Part shown: positions 16,740-27,468 of the stretch, piece by piece
Layout of the letters: each line of letters begins with the position of its first letter
Numbering within the stretch: position 1 is the first letter of the stretch
Sequence record: LC819006.1
Length of the DNA stretch: 64,000 bases
Direction: 5' to 3' (one strand)
Program-made: the position numbers and the translations under genes
Notes under the pieces: generated by a model
Databases searched by the model: none
What the model saw: the letters and a program-made list of their open reading frames with translations, nothing else
Told to the model about the DNA's origin: nothing

Positions 16740-18920
16740 TCAATAAACGGTAGAACCCGAATCGACGACTCGACGATGTACCGTGTCGAGTAGATTCTTG
16801 TCCCCGCCTTTTTGATAGCCGATCCGTTTCTCTTCACGGGTCTTCTTGATCATGTCCGTAACAGAGAACGTTTCGCCTTCCTCTTCAACAACGCGTGATG
16901 CCAGAGCACCGATCTCGGCTTCGAGTCGCATTTGTACGAAGTGGTCTTGCGCTCCACCCAATTTCTGAACCAGAGCCTGGATGTCTTCGCGCAACTGACG
17001 TTGCTGGATTTCGAAGTGAGACATTTCACGCAGCGACTTCTTGGCCAGCGTGGAACTCATCACAGTCGTGTGGTCGATACCGTAGTAAGACAGGTTCTGA
17101 CCAAACATTGCCAGGTAGCAAGCCAGTAGCCATGCCACACAGCCGTCGTCGTGCTGTCCCTTCGGGTGATCGACTCGACCATTCTTGACTTCGAGAGCCA
17201 GAATCTGATCGATGGTCTTGATATCGTTAACGCGGTCCATGCCGTGCCGAACGGCATTTTGCAGAACCTGGCCGTAGAGGATCGATCGTGCATTCTCGCC
17301 AGAACCTGACGTGTTGTAACCAAAGTAGGACTTGTACTTGGTGTACAGATCACCCAGCACATACTTGTCGGCACGTTTGATTTCTTCCAGAACCTCCTTG
17401 TACTTCTCGGGATCCTGAACCAGACGGTTAAAGAGTCGTTTGAATGCATTCTGACCAGTCATGCGGAACTTCAAACACAGCTGGTCGATAATCGCAGGAC
17501 CCATGTTCTTGCATTCGATGATCGCTACAAGCTTAGGCCACTTCATCAGGATGTCGTAGAGCCAGAGCGAATAGTCAATCACGTTAGCCATGTTCACATA
17601 GCACGTGCCAATGACTTCGAGTGTTGTCAGGTCGACATATTGCATGCCGATCTCGTCCTTACCCTGAGCTTGGGAAGGATCAATACCGAGCGCGATGTTG
17701 CCTTCTTCCATGAGTTGGTCACGGACTTTCAGGCTAACATACCACTTCGTCAAGAAGCGGGTCTTCGGATCGATTTCAGCAACGAAATCTTCACGCTGGT
17801 TTTCACGAAGCGTGTTCAGTTGTTCGGTAGACAGAGGAGATCCGCGGCCACCAGAAGTCCAGATGTTGAAGTAATCTCGATCGGCTTCTTCGCCGCTAAT
17901 CATTGCCTTCTTGATATTCTCGTAATGTTGCTTATCCGAGATACCAAGCATGCGGTGACCAAAGGTACAGTTGATTGCAAAGCCGTTGCTCGACGATGCT
18001 TCAACCATCACTTTCAGGTCGTCCCAGTTACGCGCATCATAGATCTTGTCCGTAAACGGGAACGAGTTCGTCAGGATCTGATAAGCGTAGGAACCATCAC
18101 GGTCATCTTTCTTACCGGCGGTAGTTGCCAGGATAATGCCGTGGTGTGCGTTGTTTTCACGGGCAGAAACGAATGCCGCGTTGGTTGTCGACAGAATCGT
18201 CGTCAGTGTAGCTTTCAACCAGGAGATGTACGCAAATTCGTCAATCCGGATGTTGGCAGAAGTAAAGCCTCGGCCCACCTTGTAGGCACCCTTCTCATCC
18301 ATCCGAGGAACGTGCGTCTCGTACTTGTTCTCAAGAGCAGACAAGTAGATGTATTCCTGGTTGTTCGGATCTTTCTTCGGTATCGATCTTCGTAGATACG
18401 GAGGTAAGACTTCTTCGTATTCCTTCAAGCGCTCAATGTCGTTACGACGCAGCTGGTCTTCTTTCGTCAGCAAGTGAATGGACGAGTGAACCAGACCGAA
18501 GTTGAGCAGGTAGCGGTCAAGTGATGCAATGTTAACCGACTTACCAGTCTGACGAGGCTGAATCAGGAAGGTCGTGATGTGGTTGAAGTAACTCCACCAC
18601 AGAGCCAGGTTCCCGCGGTTGGCTAGAACAGGACTCGGTTGCATTGCACCCTGAACAGGGATGCGTGCGATCTCACGGAAGTAGTACCAGGGGTTATCGA
18701 AACACTCCTGGGTAATCATGCCCTTGTATTCGAAGGACAGATTCGGATCGAAGGGATCTACTCCGACCAGATATTTGTTGTGTAACGCCAGGGGCCAGAG
18801 GTTATTCTGGATGCCCATGTCGTCAAGAATGTAGCAAATGTCAACGAAGGACTTGTTTCGTGTTTCCAGATCGATGGTTGCATCCGGATACCGATTCCAG
18901 TCTTCTTGGAAAAGAATCAT
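16740..18920 (-). CDS. terL: Terminase large subunit
   Basis: Walker A PRQTGKS, Walker B IRIDEFAY, ATTAG coupling motif, nuclease GIDPS and HDDGCVAWL; 726 aa. Confidence 0.92.
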   Translation of the reverse strand: MILFQEDWNRYPDATIDLETRNKSFVDICYILDDMGIQNNLWPLALHNKYLVGVDPFDPNLSFEYKGMITQECFDNPWYYFREIARIPVQGAMQPSPVLANRGNLALWWSYFNHITTFLIQPRQTGKSVNIASLDRYLLNFGLVHSSIHLLTKEDQLRRNDIERLKEYEEVLPPYLRRSIPKKDPNNQEYIYLSALENKYETHVPRMDEKGAYKVGRGFTSANIRIDEFAYISWLKATLTTILSTTNAAFVSARENNAHHGIILATTAGKKDDRDGSYAYQILTNSFPFTDKIYDARNWDDLKVMVEASSSNGFAINCTFGHRMLGISDKQHYENIKKAMISGEEADRDYFNIWTSGGRGSPLSTEQLNTLRENQREDFVAEIDPKTRFLTKWYVSLKVRDQLMEEGNIALGIDPSQAQGKDEIGMQYVDLTTLEVIGTCYVNMANVIDYSLWLYDILMKWPKLVAIIECKNMGPAIIDQLCLKFRMTGQNAFKRLFNRLVQDPEKYKEVLEEIKRADKYVLGDLYTKYKSYFGYNTSGSGENARSILYGQVLQNAVRHGMDRVNDIKTIDQILALEVKNGRVDHPKGQHDDGCVAWLLACYLAMFGQNLSYYGIDHTTVMSSTLAKKSLREMSHFEIQQRQLREDIQALVQKLGGAQDHFVQMRLEAEIGALASRVVEEEGETFSVTDMIKKTREEKRIGYQKGGDKNLLDTVHRRVVDSGSTVY

Positions 18921-18953
18921 AGAGGAATCCTAGCACAGGGTCATAAGGTTAGT

Positions 18954-18981
18954 GACTGACTGGGCTTTCGCCCAGTCAGTC
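18954..18981 (-). terminator. Hairpin followed by a TATG late-promoter motif upstream of terL
   Basis: GACTGACTGGGC-tttc-GCCCAGTCAGTC; minus-strand TATG at 18945-18942. Confidence 0.55.
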
Positions 18982-18991
18982 TATCGCTTAA

Positions 18992-20710
18992 TTACCAGGT
19001 AGAGACCTGTTGAATCGGCACGCCGGCTTGACCGAGGATGATGTCATCCGTCGGACCTTGCTTGACGAACGTGAGGAACCACGTCTGGTCTTGCAGCACC
19101 GGGAAGTTGACCGTGAACTTCGCATTCCAGTAATCCGCGATCGCCAGACGAATCGAATTCGTCGTGCCGCCATCACTGAAGATGACGTGATCGGGTACCG
19201 GTGCATCTTCTTCCAACTGCGGGTTGGTCAGAGGACGCGTGTTGGTGTAGAACGCAGTGAGCCAGTTCTCCAGCGAGCCGTAGCCCGACTGCATGTTGAC
19301 TTCGCACAGGTTCTGGTTGATGAACTTGGACTTGACCACGTTCAAATCTCCGTATTCCGGGGTTTGGTTCGGATCGAAGGCGATCTTCCACAGCGTGCTC
19401 GCACCATCGAAGTTTGCACCGCCCTTGAGCAGCGTAATTCCGACAGTTTGCACGAAGCGGTAAGCGCGCCAGCTGCCATTGACCTTCGAGAGGTCGATAG
19501 CCATGGTGAGCTGTTGCTTGACGCCGTAGAGCGTCGGCGAGAATGCGGGGCTATTCGCACCCAACTCGACGATACCCGTGACGTCGTAGCAGATATTCCG
19601 ATCGAGGTTGAGCATGAACCAACGCAGGCGATAGCCATTGATCGGATCTTGCCAGACCGGGAACGGATAGAGCTTGACGGTGAGTTGGTTCTCGACGTCC
19701 ACGACCACCACATCCACATCTTGCATGATGAAGCGGTTCGTGCCCACAGCACCGCCGACGTAGCTGACTTCGCCACCGAGCAGGTTGTACTTGAGCTTGA
19801 ACGTTGCGTGCTCACCCGCCTGAGTCGGCGCGAACTCGCGCATGCCCAGCAGTTCGAAACGCGTACCGTCGACGTTGTACTGCTTGGATGCGCCACTGTT
19901 GTAGTTGACGAGACCCAGCAGGTTCATCGAGTTCAGCGTCAGGTTCAGCGGCACTTCCAGGCGGTTCGGAACCAGCTTGGAAACCAGCGGACCTTGCAAA
20001 GCGATGCCCGTCACAGCAGCAATCGACTGATCGGTCGAAGCCGTGAACGACGTCACCGTTGCACGCAGTTCCTTGGACGAGAGCACAGCACCCGTATCGT
20101 CGAAGAGCACCACGTACAGGAATTCGCCGTTAGCGACGTCCGTGTTCGTGTATGCGGTCGGGATGTAGTACTGAGCCTTGTTGATGCCGTTGGGCATGAC
20201 GCCCAGTTGCAGAGGAATCTGCGTGCCGATCGGTTGACCCGATTGGTCCAGCACCAGGCTGACGATTTCTTCGACGCCGTTGATGGGGTTGCCACGATAC
20301 ACGCGAGCCGTGGAGGCATTGCGAGCATTCACGTAACAACGCGCATCGACTTGCAAGCGGAAAGGCTTGGTCGTCTTGTCGATGAAACAGCGGAAGGCGT
20401 CCTTGGTTTGACCCAGGAGCACGTCTTCCGAGTCCATGTCGGCAATCGGCTTCGGTGTGACACGCGTGAGAGTAGGTACCCACAGATCCGACAGGGCTGT
20501 CACTTTGTAAGTGATGCCATAGTCGTAATCTTCCACGTAGTCGTTGATTTTCGGGATGTAGCGACCGGCTGCGTCACCACCGAGGAAAACTTCGGCTTTC
20601 GCCCAGGTCTTCCAAAGCGGAGCAACGTCCCAGTTCTTGATCGGCAGCTGACCGTCAGTCCCCCAGGGAATGGGGGTCTGCGGGACCGCGACCGTTGTCG
20701 TATCGGCCAT
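18992..20710 (-). CDS. Virion structural protein (phiKZ gp26-like, baseplate/tail)
   Basis: 572 aa, beta-rich, syntenic between terminase and sheath; YIPKINDYVED motif. Confidence 0.7.
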   Translation of the reverse strand: MADTTTVAVPQTPIPWGTDGQLPIKNWDVAPLWKTWAKAEVFLGGDAAGRYIPKINDYVEDYDYGITYKVTALSDLWVPTLTRVTPKPIADMDSEDVLLGQTKDAFRCFIDKTTKPFRLQVDARCYVNARNASTARVYRGNPINGVEEIVSLVLDQSGQPIGTQIPLQLGVMPNGINKAQYYIPTAYTNTDVANGEFLYVVLFDDTGAVLSSKELRATVTSFTASTDQSIAAVTGIALQGPLVSKLVPNRLEVPLNLTLNSMNLLGLVNYNSGASKQYNVDGTRFELLGMREFAPTQAGEHATFKLKYNLLGGEVSYVGGAVGTNRFIMQDVDVVVVDVENQLTVKLYPFPVWQDPINGYRLRWFMLNLDRNICYDVTGIVELGANSPAFSPTLYGVKQQLTMAIDLSKVNGSWRAYRFVQTVGITLLKGGANFDGASTLWKIAFDPNQTPEYGDLNVVKSKFINQNLCEVNMQSGYGSLENWLTAFYTNTRPLTNPQLEEDAPVPDHVIFSDGGTTNSIRLAIADYWNAKFTVNFPVLQDQTWFLTFVKQGPTDDIILGQAGVPIQQVSTW

Positions 20711-20722
20711 GGAACTTTACCT

Positions 20723-23323
20723 TTAGGTGATAGCTTTCAAACGGAGGAAGTGGTTGAGCACAACCTTGCCCTTCATGTAAACCTGAATCACGTAGGACAG
20801 GAAGTTGTAGTAGTAGATGTCGATGTCGATCACGTTCTCCAGGAAATGCGGAGTGATGAGAACGTAATTCGGATCAACAGCCGTTGCAGTCTGTGTCGGG
20901 TCAAATGCCAACAGCCATTCGTAAGGCGCGCAGAGCTGCTTCACGAAGTCCATGTTGTATTGAACCTTCAACTGATTGATGTCAATCGTCCCCGCCAGGC
21001 AGTCATACATGATTTTGCACAGGAACGGAGAGAAGACCGGATACAGATCCGGAATGACATCGGGACCACTCGGAGTAGGCTCCGGCAGTTTTGCAGAGAG
21101 GTAATCGCTTACCGCTTTGTCGATTACACGCGCATCATCACGCCAGCTGTACGTGTCACCATTCGTGAGAGAGCGCATCGGAACGATCATGTCACGCACC
21201 GAATACGGTTCACCGTTGTTGCCATCGGGAACAGCCACAAGCGCATCGTTTTCCGAGAAGAGCAGATCATCGCGATGACGCAGTCGACCATCCACGAGAA
21301 TACGCATGACGCGATCGTCTCGCAGATTGAAGATCGAGTTGCGCGAAAGCAAGTCGTACTTCAGGAAGCCATTGTCTTCAGGAAGCTGGCGCGTCAGATC
21401 GCTCTTGCAGAAGCCCGAGAAGCGAACAGCGATTTGCTGAGGCTGGTTAGCCGGATCCACGAGATACTTCTTGTTACAGATCACAACCTTCGGCCATTGA
21501 ACGAAGTAGTCCAGCTTTTCAGTCAGACCACGAGCATTCAGCATGATGTCCAGTTCGCCCATCGGCACATCCATTGCCTGGCTGCCGCTTACGCCGTTCT
21601 TCGTCACGATCTTGATCAGATCGAATTCGATAACGCCATCGGGGAACATCTGGGTGATCATGTACCCGAGCGAGTTCTTATCCGAACGAACCAGTGTCGA
21701 GTAGTTATTCATGTTGATGAGCCAGGTCAGCTGGTTGTTGATAACCGAGTACTGACCGGATCCAGTTACGTCCTTCCAGTTGTTCTGAAGAACACCGCCG
21801 ATCTTGTCGCAGACGTACATGCGATAGTTCAGCGTCGGATCCAACGTTTGATTCTTGGTGTCGTAGACTTCGTCGATCGACTGAGCCGTATGACCGTAGA
21901 TGGCTTCCACGAGCGCGCAGGACTGGTTCTGTACCACGTATTGGTCGCCCACGTCATGCAGGTACCAACCGAGCAACAGACCGTCGCTATCGTACTCATA
22001 GCACGTTGCGTTCTCGTACATGCCTTGTGGCAGATTCACCATCTTCACGCCGTTAACCGTCACGACCTTCAGAGGCGTATCGCCCAGCACCTTCGACACA
22101 GCGTTGTAACCCAGTGCCGATTGAACCATGTCACGTGTGATCAGCTGATCGTTCGGTTGACCATTTTGCGTACTGTTGGTCAGACGCATGATCTTCGTGT
22201 AGTCGGAAGCTTCGAGAACAGCTGCTTGCCAGTTCGACACAGTGGCGTTATCACCAATCATCGCAGGCAGGAAGTCGCTCTCATGCAACTTGTACAGTTC
22301 GTGGATCCGGTTCTTCTCGTAAACGAGAGGACGGTTATAACCACTCTCACGAATCAGAGCAAGAACACGGCATTGCTGGGGGTCGGTCCAACCCGGCTTC
22401 CCATCCACGAATGCATTGATGAGCTGAACGCTCATCGAGTAGTCTTTGTGCGTCACCATTCGCATGGCTGCCGCGGTGTTTTTGTGGTGGTACACGCCGT
22501 TCGGTTTGGCAGGAGCTGCCGGCCGCTGGATCAGGAAGAGATCCACGTCATCCTGATATTCGATCCTGGTCATCGCATCGGAATAGTGGAGCAGATACTT
22601 ACGCTCGCTATCCAGAGTGGAATCGAATGTAGGCAGGCTCGATACGGGATACTCGACGACCTTGGTCACCGATGCATCGTAGAACCATTCCACCAGGTCA
22701 CCTACTTTGCAGGTAATCGGGCTGATTTCTTCTGCCCAGTAGCCGTTGATGATCGCGTAAGCGTAACCAGCTTTCGCGCGGTACTGGTTGAACCTCGTCT
22801 GCATGGCGAGAATGTCAGTCGTCATCAAAGGCGACTTACCATCAGCCACGATCGATTCAGTGTAGCCTTGGCTACGAGCTGATTGCCAGAACGCATTCGT
22901 GTAAACGCGGAAAAAAATATCTTCCGTGTTGTAGTCCACGTTCAACAGCTTGTCTTCTTTCTTGGTTGCGATGATGAGGTTCTTCGATTTCGTCACCATG
23001 TAGTAGGTTTCGAACTTCGGAAGCAGCACACCCTTTTCGGTGTAAGCCTCAGCAACCATCCCCATCTTGTTGCACACGTCCAGGAAGCTGACCCACTGGT
23101 TCTGCACCGGGAACAACCCGAAGTAGTCCGGATGAATCTGCCCAACCTGATAGACGTGGTAGTAATGCGTGTTGTCGGGAAGGTAGATCTGGAGCCAGTC
23201 CAGTTCCAGCTTCACGTACTCACCGCCAAATTGGCTGATCCGCTTGGGACGGGCACGGAACTGCTTGTCCTGCCTCGGTGAGCACCAAAAATTCTTCAGT
23301 GCATAATCGACAAGGTAATCCAT
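20723..23323 (-). CDS. Virion structural protein (phiKZ gp27-like)
   Basis: MDYLVDYALKNFWCSPRQDKQ N-terminus, 866 aa, synteny. Confidence 0.72.
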   Translation of the reverse strand: MDYLVDYALKNFWCSPRQDKQFRARPKRISQFGGEYVKLELDWLQIYLPDNTHYYHVYQVGQIHPDYFGLFPVQNQWVSFLDVCNKMGMVAEAYTEKGVLLPKFETYYMVTKSKNLIIATKKEDKLLNVDYNTEDIFFRVYTNAFWQSARSQGYTESIVADGKSPLMTTDILAMQTRFNQYRAKAGYAYAIINGYWAEEISPITCKVGDLVEWFYDASVTKVVEYPVSSLPTFDSTLDSERKYLLHYSDAMTRIEYQDDVDLFLIQRPAAPAKPNGVYHHKNTAAAMRMVTHKDYSMSVQLINAFVDGKPGWTDPQQCRVLALIRESGYNRPLVYEKNRIHELYKLHESDFLPAMIGDNATVSNWQAAVLEASDYTKIMRLTNSTQNGQPNDQLITRDMVQSALGYNAVSKVLGDTPLKVVTVNGVKMVNLPQGMYENATCYEYDSDGLLLGWYLHDVGDQYVVQNQSCALVEAIYGHTAQSIDEVYDTKNQTLDPTLNYRMYVCDKIGGVLQNNWKDVTGSGQYSVINNQLTWLINMNNYSTLVRSDKNSLGYMITQMFPDGVIEFDLIKIVTKNGVSGSQAMDVPMGELDIMLNARGLTEKLDYFVQWPKVVICNKKYLVDPANQPQQIAVRFSGFCKSDLTRQLPEDNGFLKYDLLSRNSIFNLRDDRVMRILVDGRLRHRDDLLFSENDALVAVPDGNNGEPYSVRDMIVPMRSLTNGDTYSWRDDARVIDKAVSDYLSAKLPEPTPSGPDVIPDLYPVFSPFLCKIMYDCLAGTIDINQLKVQYNMDFVKQLCAPYEWLLAFDPTQTATAVDPNYVLITPHFLENVIDIDIYYYNFLSYVIQVYMKGKVVLNHFLRLKAIT

Positions 23324-23392
23324 TTTTCGACGCCATAAAAAGAGGTTTCCCTACCCACCGGGATTGCCGGCAGGTAGGGTATCGAGCTTGTC

Positions 23393-24292
23393 TTACGACT
23401 TCAGCGTTGCGGTGATTTGCAGCAGGAAGTCGTCAGCCGAGTTCTTCGCCGGTACCCGTTCGATCATCCTGGAAAGCTGCGAACGGTGATACGCACGCTC
23501 CGACATCGCAGCCGTGATCATGGCCAGGAATGTCGGTACGTGTTCGACGGAACACGCTACGATCTCGTGTCCATTGGCGCTGAACCAAGTCGAGTTGAGA
23601 ATCGGATACAACACGATGGAGCTGAAGTTCTTCAGACGGATGTTGCCAACCACGTCTTCAGCACGCTCGCAAAAGTCCGTGATGTCCTTCACGTAGTCCT
23701 GACCATCCAGGACCTGCATGATCGCATCGGCGCCGATTCGCGTCGCTTTTGCAATACCCTGACAGATCTTAAGATAGTCACGTTCGTCCGGCTTTTCGCT
23801 GTTATCGAACAGCGAATAGTAGAACCACGCCGAGAAGATCGTCAGCTTGTACTGATCCTCTGGCTCCAGGCCGAAACGTCGACTGATGTTTTCGCTCAGC
23901 CAGGAGGAATAAACACTTGCCGGAAGAGGGCTCATCGCGCGGAAAAGCGTCGGGGGTTCCGAGCGCCACACCGCTTCTAGACCGGCGCGCGCCAAAAGCA
24001 GATTGTAGTCCGCCTGCGAATTGATCTTCAATTCACCACTCTGACGGTTCTTCGTAACGAAGTGCCGAGCGTCGACATACAGACCATCGTATGGATGCTT
24101 TTCGACGTACAGAGGGTGTGAAAATGCAGGGATGTCGACCGGCCATTCCGAACTGTCTTCGATGACAGTATAGCCAGCGTCATTTTTTGCAAGATAATTT
24201 GATACCGTTGCTTTTACGAGTGCCGCTTGAGTCGGCTCGGTGTGGTATCGGCGGCCGAAAGTGGTGTCGTACGCTGAAAGAAAAACAGGCAT
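23393..24292 (-). CDS. Virion structural protein (phiKZ gp28-like)
   Basis: 299 aa, divergent from the sheath gene; WLSENISRRFGLEPEDQ motif. Confidence 0.68.
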   Translation of the reverse strand: MPVFLSAYDTTFGRRYHTEPTQAALVKATVSNYLAKNDAGYTVIEDSSEWPVDIPAFSHPLYVEKHPYDGLYVDARHFVTKNRQSGELKINSQADYNLLLARAGLEAVWRSEPPTLFRAMSPLPASVYSSWLSENISRRFGLEPEDQYKLTIFSAWFYYSLFDNSEKPDERDYLKICQGIAKATRIGADAIMQVLDGQDYVKDITDFCERAEDVVGNIRLKNFSSIVLYPILNSTWFSANGHEIVACSVEHVPTFLAMITAAMSERAYHRSQLSRMIERVPAKNSADDFLLQITATLKS

Positions 24293-24402
24293 TTTTTGCC
24301 ACCTCTAAACATGTATTTTTTTATTGCCGTAGCCCGACAATAAAGGAATTGGTTTCGAAATAAACGTCATATCATGAACTCATTTTCTAAGGAAGGCTGA
24401 CG

Positions 24403-26514
24403 ATGGCAACTGCCAACTTCAACTCGATGCCTCAGAACGTTACTTACGGGGCACGAGACAAATCCGTTCCGGATCCGATCCTGACCGCGAAGCAGTATGC
24501 CACGCATCTGCCGTTGTGGTTCATCTTCGCCCAAAAGGGTCCGCTGACGCGAGTCGTTGCGGATGGTCCGACCCGTGAACAACTGTTCGGAGCTTCTTCG
24601 TTCGATCCGAGCTCGCCGTACTTCACCCACGCTACTCAATTCGCGAACCAGGCGAACAGCAAGGGCAACCAGAGCATTTATCAGCGTGTCGTCCCGGCAG
24701 ATGCCAAGACGGCGATGATGCGTCTCTGGCTGGACCTCTTGCCGATGCAGGTTCCCGAATACAAGCGTGGTACGGACGGCAAGTACCTGCTCGACCAATC
24801 GGGCAACCCGCAAACGACGGGCACGAAAGTCGCTGGTTACCAGCTGAAGATCGTGAAGACGCCTATCGACGGCACGCTGCCCAATGGCGGTGCATTCGGT
24901 CAAGCGTCGCAAATGGTCGGCGACCAGGTCGACGCTACGAGCAACACTCAGTCGCAGCGTTATCCGTTCATGGACATTCCGGTTTCGTTCGCCGGCCTGT
25001 ACGGCGACGACCTGGGCTTCCGTGCATGGGCGCCTGTTGCTGGTTCGCGCGTCACTCCCGACGCAGAACTGCTCGAAACGAACAAGTGCTATCCGTACGT
25101 GTTCGCCTGCCTGGATCGTTCGACGGATTCCATCCAGAACGTCCAGACGACTGCTGGCACGCAAGAAGTCACCTGCGTGTTCCGCCGTGGTCAGGTGAAG
25201 GCTTCGGTTGGCAACCAGGACGTCTCGTTCGAAACGCGTTTCTACGACGCGTACAACGATCGCGAACGTACCGGTCTCGCACCGCTGTATGGTCCGTTCG
25301 ACAACGTGCATCTGTACTACGACAACCTCGTCACGGTACTCAAGCTGCTGTACACCGCAGAACAGCCGTTCATCGACTCGTTCAGCGACTTCGATGGCTC
25401 GGGCTTCACGGCTACCGACGAAGGCGAAATCTTCCGTTTCAACTTCCTCGGCGGCAAGACCTCGGGCGGCGTGCCGTACCATTCGTTCCTCATCAACCGC
25501 AACGACGCGAACGCTGAAGCAATGAGCGACATCTCGACGGTGTGGGCTGAAGGTGGTGCAGACGGCGACATCTCGCTGGACAACCTCAACCGTCTGGTTC
25601 AGACGGAAATGGAGAAGTACGGCGACATCAACCAGGAAGTCACGGACGACCGTCTGGGCAACCCGCAAAGCATTTTCTGGGATTCGGGCTTCGACTCCGA
25701 TTGCAAGATGGCTATGGCCAACTTCATCGCCGTTCGCAAGGACACCCAGATCGTCTGGTGCTTGCAGGATGCTCAAGCAGCACAACCGCTGACCGCCGAC
25801 GAAGAATCGTCGATGGCAATCGCGCTGTTCACGCGCGCTCAGCAGATGCCGGAATCTTCGGAATACGGTACGTCTGCAATCCGTGCGATGATCGTCGCAT
25901 CGGACGGCATCCTGATCGGTTCCACGAACCGCAAGCGTCTGCCGCTGTCGCTGGAACTGCTGTCGAAGTCCGCTGAATACATGGGCGCTGGTAACGGCCT
26001 GTGGAAGTCGGCGTTCAGCTTCTCGCACGGTGCTCGTGCAGAAGTGACGTTGTTCCGCGATGTCAACGTCGTGTGGCGTCCGATCGCTGCTCGTCAGCGT
26101 GACTGGGCAAACGGCATGGTCTACGTCCAGAAGAAGGACATGGATACGCTGTTCTTCCCGGGCCTGCGCACGGTGTACGCTGTGGATCAATCGATCTTCA
26201 CGTCGTTCATCACCTCCTGCGTTCTCGTCGACCTGCAAAAGGTTGCGGATCGCGTGTGGGCGAACTTCTCGGGTGCGGACGAGTACACGAACGAGCAGTT
26301 CAAGAAGTACGTGGAGCAGGAATTCTCCAAGGCGATCGAAGGCAAGTACGACAACCGCGTCACTGTGGTTCCGACTGTCTCGTTCACCGCCGTGGACGAA
26401 TACAACGGCTTCTCGTGGACTCTCAACGTCGACATGGGTGCCGACAACATGAAGACCGTCCAGTACACTGTGCTGACGGGCTACCGTAAAGAATCGATGC
26501 CCAGCGCCAACTAA
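24403..26514 (+). CDS. Tail sheath protein
   Basis: 703 aa; HLPLWFIFAQKGP, FWDSGF, RAQQMPESSEYGTSAIRA and FFPGLRTVY match the phiKZ gp29-type sheath; strong codon bias. Confidence 0.9.
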   Translation: MATANFNSMPQNVTYGARDKSVPDPILTAKQYATHLPLWFIFAQKGPLTRVVADGPTREQLFGASSFDPSSPYFTHATQFANQANSKGNQSIYQRVVPADAKTAMMRLWLDLLPMQVPEYKRGTDGKYLLDQSGNPQTTGTKVAGYQLKIVKTPIDGTLPNGGAFGQASQMVGDQVDATSNTQSQRYPFMDIPVSFAGLYGDDLGFRAWAPVAGSRVTPDAELLETNKCYPYVFACLDRSTDSIQNVQTTAGTQEVTCVFRRGQVKASVGNQDVSFETRFYDAYNDRERTGLAPLYGPFDNVHLYYDNLVTVLKLLYTAEQPFIDSFSDFDGSGFTATDEGEIFRFNFLGGKTSGGVPYHSFLINRNDANAEAMSDISTVWAEGGADGDISLDNLNRLVQTEMEKYGDINQEVTDDRLGNPQSIFWDSGFDSDCKMAMANFIAVRKDTQIVWCLQDAQAAQPLTADEESSMAIALFTRAQQMPESSEYGTSAIRAMIVASDGILIGSTNRKRLPLSLELLSKSAEYMGAGNGLWKSAFSFSHGARAEVTLFRDVNVVWRPIAARQRDWANGMVYVQKKDMDTLFFPGLRTVYAVDQSIFTSFITSCVLVDLQKVADRVWANFSGADEYTNEQFKKYVEQEFSKAIEGKYDNRVTVVPTVSFTAVDEYNGFSWTLNVDMGADNMKTVQYTVLTGYRKESMPSAN

Positions 26515-26530
26515 AGCGAGGAACTAAAAC

Positions 26531-27397
26531 ATGAGCCGCATGTCCGATTCGATGGTCCTGCCGGGGGTAGGTATCTCCAGCAACGTGGGCCGTCGCATGA
26601 GCAACCCGAACTACGGTGGCGTGATGGGCTGGTCGCCCAATCCGACACAGTGGGTCAACAAAACCGGTTACGTTCGTCGTAACCTCATCCCGATCGTCCT
26701 GCGTGCGCCGGCTGGCTTTGCCTACCTGCCCAATCCGGACGACTGGTACGCAGCCACGCGTTCGATTTTCGAAACGCATCCGATCAGCATCGAAGGTCTG
26801 AACTCGACGCTGACGGTGGCTGCATCCGACACCCCGTACGGTGGTGCTGGTGAACAGTTCCAGGATCCGACCAACGTGACTCGCGAGCGTACCTCGCCCT
26901 CGTTCACGCTGCCGGATATCTACGGTGCGCCGATCAACGCGTACCTGGAATCGTGGATCCAGTACCTCATCATGGATCCGGAAACGAAGACGGCCCTCGT
27001 GAATACGCTGGGTGGTCAAGTTCCTCCGGACATGATGGCGGACATTTACACGATGGACATGCTCTTCATCGAGCCGGATCCGCAACAGTCCACGGTTATC
27101 CGTGCCTGGATCGTGTACAACATGTTCCCGCTCTCGGGTGGCGAAACCACTGGTCGTCGTGACATCACGACCGACATGGAACAGATCCGCTACACCATCC
27201 AGATGGCCGGCTTCGCGCAGGTCGGTACGGGGGTGAAGGCGTTCGCGCAATCCGTCCTCGACGGCATGCGTATCGCTGGTGCGAATCCGTTCCACCGTCG
27301 TACGTACCTGGAAGGTATCGATGCGGACATCCTCCGTGCTCGTACCGGCTTCGGCAACCAGATCCAGGAACTGTCCGACAACCAAGTCGTGGTCTAA
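26531..27397 (+). CDS. Tail tube protein
   Basis: Directly follows the sheath; YGGVMGWSPN, GYVRRNLIPIVL, FIEPDP and NMFP..GG..GRRD match the phiKZ gp30 type. Confidence 0.88.
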   Translation: MSRMSDSMVLPGVGISSNVGRRMSNPNYGGVMGWSPNPTQWVNKTGYVRRNLIPIVLRAPAGFAYLPNPDDWYAATRSIFETHPISIEGLNSTLTVAASDTPYGGAGEQFQDPTNVTRERTSPSFTLPDIYGAPINAYLESWIQYLIMDPETKTALVNTLGGQVPPDMMADIYTMDMLFIEPDPQQSTVIRAWIVYNMFPLSGGETTGRRDITTDMEQIRYTIQMAGFAQVGTGVKAFAQSVLDGMRIAGANPFHRRTYLEGIDADILRARTGFGNQIQELSDNQVVV

Positions 27398-27420
27398 ACG
27401 ACATCCAGAAGCAAAAAAAA

Positions 27421-27452
27421 ATACCACCGGTCCCTTGCGGGGCTGGTGGTAT
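27421..27452. terminator. Bidirectional intrinsic terminator
   Basis: ATACCACC...GGTGGTAT stem flanked by an A-run and a T-run between convergent genes. Confidence 0.75.
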
Positions 27453-27468
27453 TTTTGCCGTCAACTAC

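Noticed and set aside
16309-16743. 144-aa minus-strand ORF after terminase
   Set aside because: It crosses a terminator hairpin and overlaps two better-supported plus-strand microproteins.
19010-22882. 1290-aa plus-strand ORF
   Set aside because: It is antisense to two convincing structural genes. The R/V/D/H-rich composition is what the codon bias of the real strand produces, and it has no motif or RBS.
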